Origin: Acutalibacteraceae bacterium
Lineage (GTDB): Bacteria > Bacillota > Clostridia > Oscillospirales > Acutalibacteraceae
DNA: 64,000 nt
Reading direction: 5' to 3'
Assembly: GCA_036309125.1 (NCBI GenBank)
Contig: JAXJUJ010000112.1
Span: 1,552-65,551, forward strand
Shown here: one piece after another, positions 6,394 through 15,126 of the stretch
How positions within the stretch are numbered: position 1 is the first letter of the stretch
Layout: every line of letters begins with the position of its first letter
Program-made: the position numbers and the translations under genes
The notes under the pieces: generated by a model
The model's database searches: none
What the model saw: only the letters and a program-made list of their open reading frames with translations
What the model was told of the DNA's origin: nothing

Positions 6394-6422
6394 ATAATAT
6401 CATAGCTTTCAACTGTTGTCAA
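6394..6422 (-). promoter_or_regulatory. sigma-70-type promoter (minus strand)
   Basis: On the minus strand, TTGACA (6422-6417), a 17-nt spacer, then TATTAT (6399-6394). Confidence 0.6.
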
Positions 6423-6478
6423 TAGAAACTTTCAGAGAGGAGTGAACTGACTGAAAGCAGATACTGAACGAAATAATT

Positions 6479-6500
6479 CTACAAAATCTATCTTTTGTAG
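6479..6500. repeat. third, shorter palindromic site related to the boundary sites
   Basis: CTACAAAA-TCTATC-TTTTGTAG: 8-bp arms with a 6-bp spacer. It shares the ACAAAA/TTTTGT core with the boundary sites. Confidence 0.5.
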
Positions 6501-6534
6501 CCGAGGTTTGGTCGGCTTTAATTGCTGTTTAAGC

Positions 6535-6565
6535 AATTATACAAAAGAAATATTTTGTATAATTA
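6535..6565. repeat. right boundary palindromic site (att- or dif-like)
   Basis: AATTATACAAAA-GAAATA-TTTTGTATAATT(A): 12-bp arms with a 6-bp spacer. Confidence 0.6.
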
Positions 6566-6634
6566 AGGGGAGTTTGTAATAAGAATATACCGTATTTTTT
6601 GCAAATACAGTTAATATTCCCATTATAATGACTA

Positions 6635-7402
6635 TTAACTTTGTAATAACGGAATTATACCACCGATATCAATCAATGGACCTTCAGACAATTCAATGTA
6701 ATTAATATTATATTTTAAAAGAAAATCTTTAATTAAATCTCCATCGATGTGTGTATCAAGTTTACCTGTAAAGACAATCAGGTTTTTATCAAGCATACCA
6801 CAAGTTCCGCCGATAAAACCGTATTCACGACCTTTTAATACAACCGAGCCTTTTCTGATTAAAAGACAATCAAATCCATTATTCACAGCAGTCTTATATA
6901 TTGATTCATCATCAGTTATTAAAGCATTTTCTTTAATTAATACAACTGAACAAGCGGCATATCCTTGATTTACGTGGATTAATTCATACTGATGTAATTT
7001 AGCGTAATTCTCCAATGAATTATCAATATATTTAGTGTTACATAAAATTTTATTTCCGGCAACGGTTACATTTAACTTTACATCACCCGGATATGGTGAA
7101 GAAATTTTGTGTTCTGAAACAATTAATTTAATTTCATTATTCAGATTATTAATTGTTAAATAATTAACAATTATAAATTTTAAACTTTCGTCTATAATAA
7201 CACAGTTTTCGCTTACCTGTATAAATCTGCAGTCTGCATGTGTGGCAATATCCGTAAACATCTTGTCATTATATGGAATCTCAACGACCTCAATGCCCCA
7301 AATATCTCTAATTTTTTGTGAAATCAGTGGATACTCCGAAGAAATTAATACAGACAGCACTTTTTTGTCAGGTAACAACGGTTTAACAGGAAGTTTTTTC
7401 AA
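6635..7402 (-). CDS. conserved hypothetical protein (possibly a DUF6873-type guanidino-group-modifying-enzyme fold)
   Basis: 255-aa ORF with host-like composition, located downstream of radA. The GFIGGTCGML motif is near the C-terminus. The family assignment is from memory only. Confidence 0.6.
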   Translation of the reverse strand: MKKLPVKPLLPDKKVLSVLISSEYPLISQKIRDIWGIEVVEIPYNDKMFTDIATHADCRFIQVSENCVIIDESLKFIIVNYLTINNLNNEIKLIVSEHKISSPYPGDVKLNVTVAGNKILCNTKYIDNSLENYAKLHQYELIHVNQGYAACSVVLIKENALITDDESIYKTAVNNGFDCLLIRKGSVVLKGREYGFIGGTCGMLDKNLIVFTGKLDTHIDGDLIKDFLLKYNINYIELSEGPLIDIGGIIPLLQS

Positions 7403-7416
7403 GTACCTCTCCCCTT

Positions 7417-8787
7417 TTAGACTCCCGCTTCATATGCGGCTCTTATTGTTCTGACTGGAACAACTTCAAGCAGTTCTTTGATAGAATTATTTAAATTAAT
7501 ATAATTATGATATGGAACAATACATTTTTTAAAACCAAGTCTGGATGCTTCCTTAATCCTTTGTTCGCAGCTACCAATTGACCGTATCTCACCACCAAGA
7601 CCGATTTCCCCGAAAGCAATTACATCATCTCGTATCGGCTCATCTTTAAGACTGGAAACGAGCGCAAGTGCTACCGACAAATCAGAAGCAGGTTCATACA
7701 GCTTAAGTCCGCCGATTACATTTACATAAACATCAGTGTTTCCGAAAAAGTATCCTGCACGCTTTTCGAGTACAGCAAGAAGCATCGACAGCCTGTTGTA
7801 GTCAAAACCATTGGCTGTTCTTCGTGGATTTCCGAATCCACTTGAAGCAACAAGTGCCTGTACTTCTGCTAAAATCGGCCTTGAACCCTCCATAAGGCAA
7901 GCTACACATGAACCTGAAGTGTTTTTAGGTCTTCCCGAAATCATCATTTGTGACGGATTCTCAACCTCAGATAAGCCATTGTCTTTCATTTCGAAAACAC
8001 CGATTTCATTTGTAGAGCCATAACGGTTTTTGACTGCTCTCAAAATTCGGTAAGACAAATGACGCTCTCCTTCGAAATAAAGAACTGCATCTACTATATG
8101 CTCAAGTACCTTCGGACCTGCTATGTTTCCGTCCTTGTTTACATGTCCTACAACAATAGTAGGAATATTTAATGCCTTAGCGCACTGCATAAGACAATTT
8201 GTACATTCTCTGACCTGTGCAACACTACCGAGTGAAGAGTTTAATTCAGTAAAATTCATTGTCTGAATAGAGTCGATTATTGCGATATCAGGTTTTGCAG
8301 AATTCATATATTCACTTATAACCTGAACATCCGTTTCGCAGAACACGAACAAATTTTCAGTATCAACTCCAAGTCTTTCAGCTCTGAGCTTTATCTGATG
8401 TGCAGACTCTTCACCTGAAACATAAAGAATTTTAAGTGACTGTCCTAAATACTGGCAAATCTGCAATAAAATCGTTGATTTTCCAATACCCGGATCACCA
8501 CTTAAAAGCACCAGAGATCCTTTGACAATACCACCGCCAAGGACTCTGTCCAATTCTTTCAGACCTGTATTATATCTTACTTCACCGTCACAAGTGATTT
8601 CATTGATTCTCTGCACATGCGATGTCAGTGCAGAAGATGTCCTTTTAATTTTCGAGGATGAGTCTGCCGCTTTGAAAACCTCTGACATAGTATTCCACTC
8701 ATTACAACCGGGACAGCAACCAAACCACTTAGCACTTTCATATCCACATTCTGAGCATACATATACATTTTTAGCCTTATTTGCCAT
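7417..8787 (-). CDS. radA: DNA repair protein RadA/Sms
   Basis: N-terminal zinc ribbon CSECGYESAKWFGCCPGC, Walker A GDPGIGKST, KNRYG motif and a Lon-like C-terminal domain. ATG at 8787 (MANKAK) is preceded by AGGTGA. Confidence 0.95.
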   Translation of the reverse strand: MANKAKNVYVCSECGYESAKWFGCCPGCNEWNTMSEVFKAADSSSKIKRTSSALTSHVQRINEITCDGEVRYNTGLKELDRVLGGGIVKGSLVLLSGDPGIGKSTILLQICQYLGQSLKILYVSGEESAHQIKLRAERLGVDTENLFVFCETDVQVISEYMNSAKPDIAIIDSIQTMNFTELNSSLGSVAQVRECTNCLMQCAKALNIPTIVVGHVNKDGNIAGPKVLEHIVDAVLYFEGERHLSYRILRAVKNRYGSTNEIGVFEMKDNGLSEVENPSQMMISGRPKNTSGSCVACLMEGSRPILAEVQALVASSGFGNPRRTANGFDYNRLSMLLAVLEKRAGYFFGNTDVYVNVIGGLKLYEPASDLSVALALVSSLKDEPIRDDVIAFGEIGLGGEIRSIGSCEQRIKEASRLGFKKCIVPYHNYINLNNSIKELLEVVPVRTIRAAYEAGV

Positions 8788-8792
8788 TATAA

Positions 8793-9509
8793 TCACCTTT
8801 TATATACGTAATTGATTGTCCCATCAGCAATTAACATCGCTAGTTTAAATCGGTATTCTTCGTTTTTTAATAACGTTAAATCTTCAATATTTGATAAAAA
8901 TCCACATTCAACAAGCACCGACGGTATCTGTGAATGATACAGCAGATATATCTCTGTTCCGGATTTTTTTGTTACCCGTTTATTATCTTTCTGAATGTTC
9001 GACACAACAGAATTCTGAATTGCATCAGCAAGTATCTTGCTTTTAGCGTTATTATGTGAGTAAAACACTTGTGTGCCGTTCTGACGTTCATCAGAAAATT
9101 TATTCTGATGAACACTGATAAAAATAGCATTGTTACTATTTTGTTCAATAATTTTCATGCGATTTCTTATATCTGAAACCTTTTTAGCACGTTGAGTTTT
9201 CAGACCATCGTCGCAAGTCATTGTATCAGTAGTTCTCGTCATTACAACTGTAAAACCATATAGTTTCAGAATTTTTTCCAGTTTCAAAGCAATGTCAAGA
9301 TTATAGTCTTTTTCATAGGATTTATCTAAAGCTATGGCTCCCCCATCTTCACCACCATGACCTGCATCAATTATTATAATGTTATTTTCTTCATTACAAA
9401 CAGAATTTACACTTTTAAAGCCAGTGAAATTGAGTAAATTAATCAATGTTACAAATAATAAAGTTAGAGAAATTGTAATACCCACAAGTTTCATATAAAT
9501 ACATTTCAT
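8793..9509 (-). CDS. cwlD: N-acetylmuramoyl-L-alanine amidase, CwlD-like (germination-specific)
   Basis: 238 aa. N-terminal TM segment, IIIDAGHGGEDGGA, SVHQN and VLVECGFLSN motifs of amidase_3. Size is typical of CwlD. Confidence 0.8.
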   Translation of the reverse strand: MKCIYMKLVGITISLTLLFVTLINLLNFTGFKSVNSVCNEENNIIIIDAGHGGEDGGAIALDKSYEKDYNLDIALKLEKILKLYGFTVVMTRTTDTMTCDDGLKTQRAKKVSDIRNRMKIIEQNSNNAIFISVHQNKFSDERQNGTQVFYSHNNAKSKILADAIQNSVVSNIQKDNKRVTKKSGTEIYLLYHSQIPSVLVECGFLSNIEDLTLLKNEEYRFKLAMLIADGTINYVYKR

Positions 9510-9551
9510 CTAATCCCCCCACGTAAAACTCTATGCAGGAGAATTTTATAT

Positions 9552-9902
9552 ATGAAAAGAAATCTTATTCGTTTATCAGGAATAATTACAGGAATTATTA
9601 ATTCTGTAGTAGGTGCTTGTGGCGGAATAATAGTGGTAGAAAGTCTTATTGCTGGCGGTTTTTCACAAAAAAAGGCTCAGGCAACAGCTATTTCTATAAT
9701 GTTGCCTCTAACAGCAATAAGTGCCGGTGTATATTACGCTAAAGGTTATACAAATATTTCAGACTCTGTAAAATACATTCTCCCGGGGATAGCCGGTGCA
9801 ATTGTGGGAGCTAAACTGTTGACAAAAACGTCTGATAAGGCTCTGAGAGTAATACTCTCGATATTTATAATATATGCCGGCGTAAGGATGTTTTTTAAAT
9901 GA
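9552..9902 (+). CDS. TSUP (TauE/SafE) family membrane protein, half-size, N-terminal-like unit
   Basis: 116 aa, about 4 TM segments, glycine-rich TM1 (GACGG). The stop overlaps the next start (ATGA). Confidence 0.7.
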   Translation: MKRNLIRLSGIITGIINSVVGACGGIIVVESLIAGGFSQKKAQATAISIMLPLTAISAGVYYAKGYTNISDSVKYILPGIAGAIVGAKLLTKTSDKALRVILSIFIIYAGVRMFFK

Positions 9903-10276
9903 TAATGGAAATATTGGCCGGATTTATATCCGGAGTTGTTGGTGCAATGGGATTTGGCGGTGGAGGTGTTCTGATTCTTTACCTGGTTCTGTATAAGGAT
10001 ATGCCACAGTTAAACGCACAAGGAATAAATTTATTGTTCTTCATACCCACAGCTGTTACCGCTCTCATAAAGCATCATAAAAATAATCTTATTGACAAAA
10101 AAATGAGCCTGACTTTCATAATATACGGTATTATTGGTGTGGGTATAGGATATATACTAATAAATTATCTGGATGAACACCTGACAAGAAAAATATTCTC
10201 AATAGCATTGATATCAGTTGGTATAAAATCCTTAATAATTAAAAACAAAAGAAAGAATTCAAATAACCACGAGTAG
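9899..10276 (+). CDS. TSUP (TauE/SafE) family membrane protein, half-size, second unit
   Basis: 125 aa, about 4 TM segments, GAMGFGGGG motif. Translationally coupled to the preceding ORF. Confidence 0.7.
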   Translation: MIMEILAGFISGVVGAMGFGGGGVLILYLVLYKDMPQLNAQGINLLFFIPTAVTALIKHHKNNLIDKKMSLTFIIYGIIGVGIGYILINYLDEHLTRKIFSIALISVGIKSLIIKNKRKNSNNHE

Positions 10277-11099
10277 CTTTAACTATCAGAAAATCTATAA
10301 GTTTTTTAACAAAAACACCAAGATAAAACCCTATAACATTCAGAATCAGGTCATCAACGTCCGGATGTCCGTTTCCTAAAAAATACTGAGAAACCTCTAT
10401 TGAAAAACTAATCACTACAGGCAAAATTGCTAAAAGCAATCTGTTTTTTATAAATGCAGAAACAAGAACTCCAAGAGGGAAAAATATCGCTAAATTTCCT
10501 AAAAACAAAAAAATAAGCTCATAATCCGGATAATCTCTGTCAAAAGTAAAAGTCATCATTTCAAACGGTATGAGATTTACTTGCGGTCGTTCAAATGTTA
10601 TAACTCTGACCATAAAAAAAGTATATATCAATATAACAATATAGTAAGCCAAAAAGCCTTTAGTAGCTTGCTTAATGAATTTGCTGTACGCATTAATAAA
10701 ATATTCATTGTCTTTATTTGCCAAAAGCTTAACTATAAAATACATTATACAAACAAAAAACACAACGAACAATAGCGCAGGTCTGTCATAATAAAACAGT
10801 TGATACCACCTGAAGGTAAATCCACCATTATTGATATGAAATATTATCTGTTTGATAATCGCAACTGTAATCCAAAATACAGTCATAATAATTAAAGCGT
10901 GAGCAAAAACTATCGGTTTAGGATTAAGCAATTTATCAATAACCAGTACACTTAACAAGGAAATTAAAATAGTTGCAATAATCTGACTAGTCAGATTTCC
11001 CAACAAAGAATATCCGGGTAAAACAGATATCGTAAAAACAGCTGTACACAACAGCGTTTTGATTATATCTGTAACTTTCACATCTTCCTTTTTACACAT
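10239..11099 (-). CDS. VanZ family membrane protein
   Basis: 286 aa, polytopic. C-terminal SIEVSQYF...GHPDVDDLILNVIGFYLG is characteristic of VanZ-like proteins. Confidence 0.7.
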   Translation of the reverse strand: MCKKEDVKVTDIIKTLLCTAVFTISVLPGYSLLGNLTSQIIATILISLLSVLVIDKLLNPKPIVFAHALIIMTVFWITVAIIKQIIFHINNGGFTFRWYQLFYYDRPALLFVVFFVCIMYFIVKLLANKDNEYFINAYSKFIKQATKGFLAYYIVILIYTFFMVRVITFERPQVNLIPFEMMTFTFDRDYPDYELIFLFLGNLAIFFPLGVLVSAFIKNRLLLAILPVVISFSIEVSQYFLGNGHPDVDDLILNVIGFYLGVFVKKLIDFLIVKATRGYLNSFFCF

Positions 11100-11514
11100 T
11101 CAGATTTCTCCTGTAATCAATATAGGACTGAAGTATGATTGTGGCAGCAACAGCATCAACAACATTTTTTCTTTTTTTCCCACGTGTATTAGTCTCATTT
11201 AGATAATTATGGGCTGACACTGTTGTAAGTCGTTCATCCCAAAGTACACAGTTGATTCCCGATACAGTTTCTAATTCGCAAGCAAATTCCTTACATTTTG
11301 CTGCTCGCGACCCTTCAGTTGCATCCATATTTTTAGGATAACCTACTACAATTAATTCAGGCTTTTTTTCAGCTATAAGACTTGTTATTCTATTAATTAC
11401 CTTGGGCATATACGTTTCATTTATGACCTCAACAGGAAATGCGAAAGTTTCAAGGCGGTCACAGACTGCTATGCCCGTCCTTACATCTCCGTAATCAACT
11501 GACATAATAATCAT
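11092..11514 (-). CDS. ruvX: Holliday junction resolvase-like nuclease RuvX (YqgF)
   Basis: 140 aa. SVDYGDVRTGIAV and DERLTT motifs. GGAGG 7 nt upstream. Confidence 0.9.
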   Translation of the reverse strand: MIIMSVDYGDVRTGIAVCDRLETFAFPVEVINETYMPKVINRITSLIAEKKPELIVVGYPKNMDATEGSRAAKCKEFACELETVSGINCVLWDERLTTVSAHNYLNETNTRGKKRKNVVDAVAATIILQSYIDYRRNLNV

Positions 11515-11536
11515 ATGACCGCCTCCGTATTAAAAA

Positions 11537-13774
11537 TTATTGAGTATTTTCAGCCGCTCCCGGTGTAGTATCACCGGAAGGTTCTGCCGGTACTTCCGGT
11601 GTATCCGGTGTAGCCGGTTCATCATCACTGTCTGAGTGATTGTTATCAGATCCTGAATCGTTATCCGGTTTTGAAGAGTAATGACCCGAACAATAAGATG
11701 GTAAATGCTCTTCAATATACCAACCGGCAGCTCTTGAAGAACAATTTGAAGAAGCTAACTTTCCTGTAGAAGTACAATAATACTTTTTAACAAGTTCACT
11801 ATTGTCTTCAAATTCTTTTTCAGCAAGACCTTCATGGACTTCGTCCATTACAGTTTTATAAATTGTTCCTGCAGGGTTACCTGAAGTATGAATAGTTTTA
11901 GGAATATCATATCCATACCATACCGCTGCAACATAGTATGGAGTTCCTCCAACCATCCACTTGTCGTAGTTATTATCCGTAGTACCGGTTTTTGCAAAAT
12001 TGTCAAAACCTTTAGTTTTGTAATTATAGCCGGTACCGTACGAAGCTGTTGTTACTGTCTCCATCATATGTCTCATAACTTCAGCTGTCTCAGGAGAAAT
12101 AATTTGTTCTCCTGTATTATCACGGTTATCAAGAATAACTTCGCCAAGCGAATTCTCTACATAAAAGTATGAGTATGGCTCGTAGTATAATCCACCATTA
12201 CCGAACGAAGCATATGCAGCAGTCATATCAAGAGATGTAATACCAACATTCATTGATCCTACAACAAGCGGAGCGGGATTATTATCCTCACCGTCAACAG
12301 TAGTTGAAATGTGGAATTTATTCTTGACATAATCATAAGCCACATCAGTTGAAATCATATTAACACAAATACGTGCCGGTACAGTGTTCAAAGACTTTGC
12401 GAGAGCAACCTGTACGGTTGTGTTGCTGCCTGAACCGTGATTACCACTGTAGTTTTTAGGCCAGAGTCTTCCGTTATAGGTAATAGATGAGTCTCTGACA
12501 TAAGTCGACCAGGTGATTTCACCTAATTCAATTCCGGGCGCATAAGAGCTCAAAGGCTTGATTGTTGATCCCGGAGGTCTGGGAGAATCAGTTGCTCTGT
12601 TGAGAACTCGATTACCCTCTTTTTCTCCAGCCTGACCGACTATAGCTACAACTCGGCCACTGTAATCCATTATTGTAATAGCTGACTGAGCTTTCTTATC
12701 CAGCCAATTAGTCTTGTTTACGTAGATTTTTTCTACCTTTTTCTGAACATCAAGATCTACAGCTGTGTAAATTTTAAGACCACCGCCGTAAATCATATTT
12801 GTTGCTTCTCTGGTTGAGCATCCGAGTTCCTTCTGTAAATCGTCTATAACATCATCAATAACATAGTCAACATAGAAGCTTTGTACTTCCTTATTGTTGG
12901 TGGCTTCTTTCTTGTTTTTCTGACGCTCGATTTCAGCGGCACTAGGTACATAATCATCATCGGTTGTAAAGATAAGATCATAGTTAACAGCTTCATAATA
13001 CTGCTCTTCAGTGATTTTACCTTGTGACAACATTTCGTCAAGGCAATAAATCTGTCGAAGTCTGTTTTCTTCAGGATTTTTAATCGGGTCAAGTGAGTAA
13101 GGTTTCTGTGTGATCGCAGCTATTACTGCGCATTCAGCATAATTGAGCTCACCGACTGTCTTGCCGAAATAAGTTTCTGAAGCTGTCTCAACACCGTAAC
13201 AACCTTGTCCCAGATATAAAGTGTTGAGATAAGCCTCAAGAATCTGATCTTTAGAGTAATTCTTTTCAAGATTAAGTGCTGTGAGAATCTCGTTATACTT
13301 TCGAACAAAAGTTACCTCATTATTACCCGTTACATTCTTTACGAGCTGTTGTGTGATAGTTGAACCACCTTGACCTTCGTATTTTGAAACAATCATAACG
13401 CCGATTGTTCTTTTCCAGTCAACACCCTTATGATCATTGAAACGCTTGTCTTCAAGAGCAATAAAAGCATCTCTCATGTTCTGGGGAATATCATTCAGAT
13501 CAACCCAGATTCTGTTTTCTGTACCGTGAAGGCGAAGCAACTCAATTTCGTTGCCATCAGAATCAGTTGCATAAAGAAAGGATGTCTGATTCTGGTTGTT
13601 CTTCGCACTTTCAAGATTTATTACCGGGTCACCGTTAGTAACAGTAACTATGTTCACAACAACATAACCGACTACAATCAATGCAGTAAGAGAAATGATA
13701 GAAAAAATTGACAATACTGTTGCACCAAAGTTAGAAAGATGTCTACGTTTTTTATTTTTCTTCTTCTTTGCCAT
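11537..13774 (-). CDS. class A penicillin-binding protein (glycosyltransferase plus transpeptidase)
   Basis: 745 aa. GT51 motifs EDKRF, GGSTITQQ and RKxxE; transpeptidase STIKP, SGN and KTGTT. N-terminal TM segment and a low-complexity acidic/Pro-rich tail. Confidence 0.9.
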   Translation of the reverse strand: MAKKKKNKKRRHLSNFGATVLSIFSIISLTALIVVGYVVVNIVTVTNGDPVINLESAKNNQNQTSFLYATDSDGNEIELLRLHGTENRIWVDLNDIPQNMRDAFIALEDKRFNDHKGVDWKRTIGVMIVSKYEGQGGSTITQQLVKNVTGNNEVTFVRKYNEILTALNLEKNYSKDQILEAYLNTLYLGQGCYGVETASETYFGKTVGELNYAECAVIAAITQKPYSLDPIKNPEENRLRQIYCLDEMLSQGKITEEQYYEAVNYDLIFTTDDDYVPSAAEIERQKNKKEATNNKEVQSFYVDYVIDDVIDDLQKELGCSTREATNMIYGGGLKIYTAVDLDVQKKVEKIYVNKTNWLDKKAQSAITIMDYSGRVVAIVGQAGEKEGNRVLNRATDSPRPPGSTIKPLSSYAPGIELGEITWSTYVRDSSITYNGRLWPKNYSGNHGSGSNTTVQVALAKSLNTVPARICVNMISTDVAYDYVKNKFHISTTVDGEDNNPAPLVVGSMNVGITSLDMTAAYASFGNGGLYYEPYSYFYVENSLGEVILDNRDNTGEQIISPETAEVMRHMMETVTTASYGTGYNYKTKGFDNFAKTGTTDNNYDKWMVGGTPYYVAAVWYGYDIPKTIHTSGNPAGTIYKTVMDEVHEGLAEKEFEDNSELVKKYYCTSTGKLASSNCSSRAAGWYIEEHLPSYCSGHYSSKPDNDSGSDNNHSDSDDEPATPDTPEVPAEPSGDTTPGAAENTQ

Positions 13775-13791
13775 ACAAACACTCCTTTCTT

Positions 13792-15126
13792 TTATTTTCT
13801 TAATTTTTTTGCTAATTTTATTTTAAATTTTCTCGCTTTAGGTACAAAATCATTATAAAGTGAAAACTTAAAATGATTATTTACTAAAGCGTATTCACCT
13901 ATAAACTCAATCAGATCTGAATTAAAACTTGCCTTGAAATCTCTGATACCAACGAAGTCCTCTCTGACTTTAAACTGGCCCAGAGGCTCATTCTTGTCTG
14001 ACGGGTGTTCAACTTCATCAACAAATACATAACCCAGATCATGAATATCGCATCCGGTTTCTACACTCTTCTTTAACCTGAGATAGTTAACAAAGTGACT
14101 TGGACGGGTTTCGTTTCTGAGTATATTTCTACTTCCTCCAAAAATACATCCGGCAATACCGTTATATCTTATAGTGAGTCCGGCAGCAACACAAAATCTT
14201 TCTTTATCCGAAAACTCTGATGCCAACTGATAACGCTTCAGATAATTATCAGTTTGTTGCTGTATTGTTTCGTTTTCGTTAGAAAGTTTTTTATACTGTT
14301 TTTCATTACAGTTTTCCATCTTTTTCAGATTTTCCTGAACCTGACGGTCTCGTTCGTCCTGAAGCTTTTTATCTTCCGACTTGTCATAATATACTAACGA
14401 CAAATCCATATAATCTTTAAAAACTTCCATCAAATGAGTTACATAGTCAGAATTTCTTTCCATGAAATCGTTTCTGTCAGATGTGTCACCCATAACTTGC
14501 ATGAAATCTTCCATTAATTCCGGATTATTTTTAACTTCATCGTATGTGCAAATCTTAGATGTAAGACCTCTTTGATCACCTATTCTGACGCTGTATCGTA
14601 CACCCTTTTCACATTTTTTAATAATACCGTCAGCAGTGTATCTCTCACCGGTTTCAGAATCCTTTAAAGGAATATAGAACTGTACAGGTGCTTTATATAT
14701 ATAATTTTCGATATTATGATTAAGTCGGTAGCCCTTATTTATCAGCATATTGTGAGCATCAAGGCCAAACTGCTGATTTTCATTATTGATTCGCAAAGGA
14801 ATATGCGGATCTGTGAGCAAAGCAGTAACATTATGTTTTTTCATCTCACCCTTAATAAAAGTGGTAAAACTTTCTATAAGGCTATCATTAGTATAATCAC
14901 AGATAAATCCATCCGGAATATACCATATAAGACCTGCTAACGGAAGTTTTCTACCAAGAATAAGACACTGGAAAACTCTTTCATCACCGTCATATCCTAC
15001 ATAAAAATGCGATTTCCAAGCCGGCTTGGCTTCAGGCCAGAGAGAACACTGCATATATGTTCCGCCATTATTTATGACATAATCATCAAATGCTGCAAAA
15101 TCTTTTTCAGATTCAAATCTGTACAT
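13792..15126 (-). CDS. FemAB-family peptidoglycan interpeptide-bridge aminoacyltransferase
   Basis: 444 aa. N-terminal FMQCSLW-type start of FemAB/FemX proteins and a central coiled-coil insertion (KKLQDERDRQVQENLKKMEN...). Adjacent to murE. Confidence 0.75.
   Translation of the reverse strand: MYRFESEKDFAAFDDYVINNGGTYMQCSLWPEAKPAWKSHFYVGYDGDERVFQCLILGRKLPLAGLIWYIPDGFICDYTNDSLIESFTTFIKGEMKKHNVTALLTDPHIPLRINNENQQFGLDAHNMLINKGYRLNHNIENYIYKAPVQFYIPLKDSETGERYTADGIIKKCEKGVRYSVRIGDQRGLTSKICTYDEVKNNPELMEDFMQVMGDTSDRNDFMERNSDYVTHLMEVFKDYMDLSLVYYDKSEDKKLQDERDRQVQENLKKMENCNEKQYKKLSNENETIQQQTDNYLKRYQLASEFSDKERFCVAAGLTIRYNGIAGCIFGGSRNILRNETRPSHFVNYLRLKKSVETGCDIHDLGYVFVDEVEHPSDKNEPLGQFKVREDFVGIRDFKASFNSDLIEFIGEYALVNNHFKFSLYNDFVPKARKFKIKLAKKLRK

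Larger units (their letters stand above)
3804..6565 (+). mobile_element. integrated ~2.76-kb rolling-circle-replicon-like element (Rep_1 initiator, small tyrosine recombinase and a GC-rich non-coding block)
   Basis: Bounded by palindromic sites sharing identical 15-nt and 13-nt blocks. The internal rep and int genes, nick-site match and composition differ from the AT-rich flanks. Confidence 0.7.
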
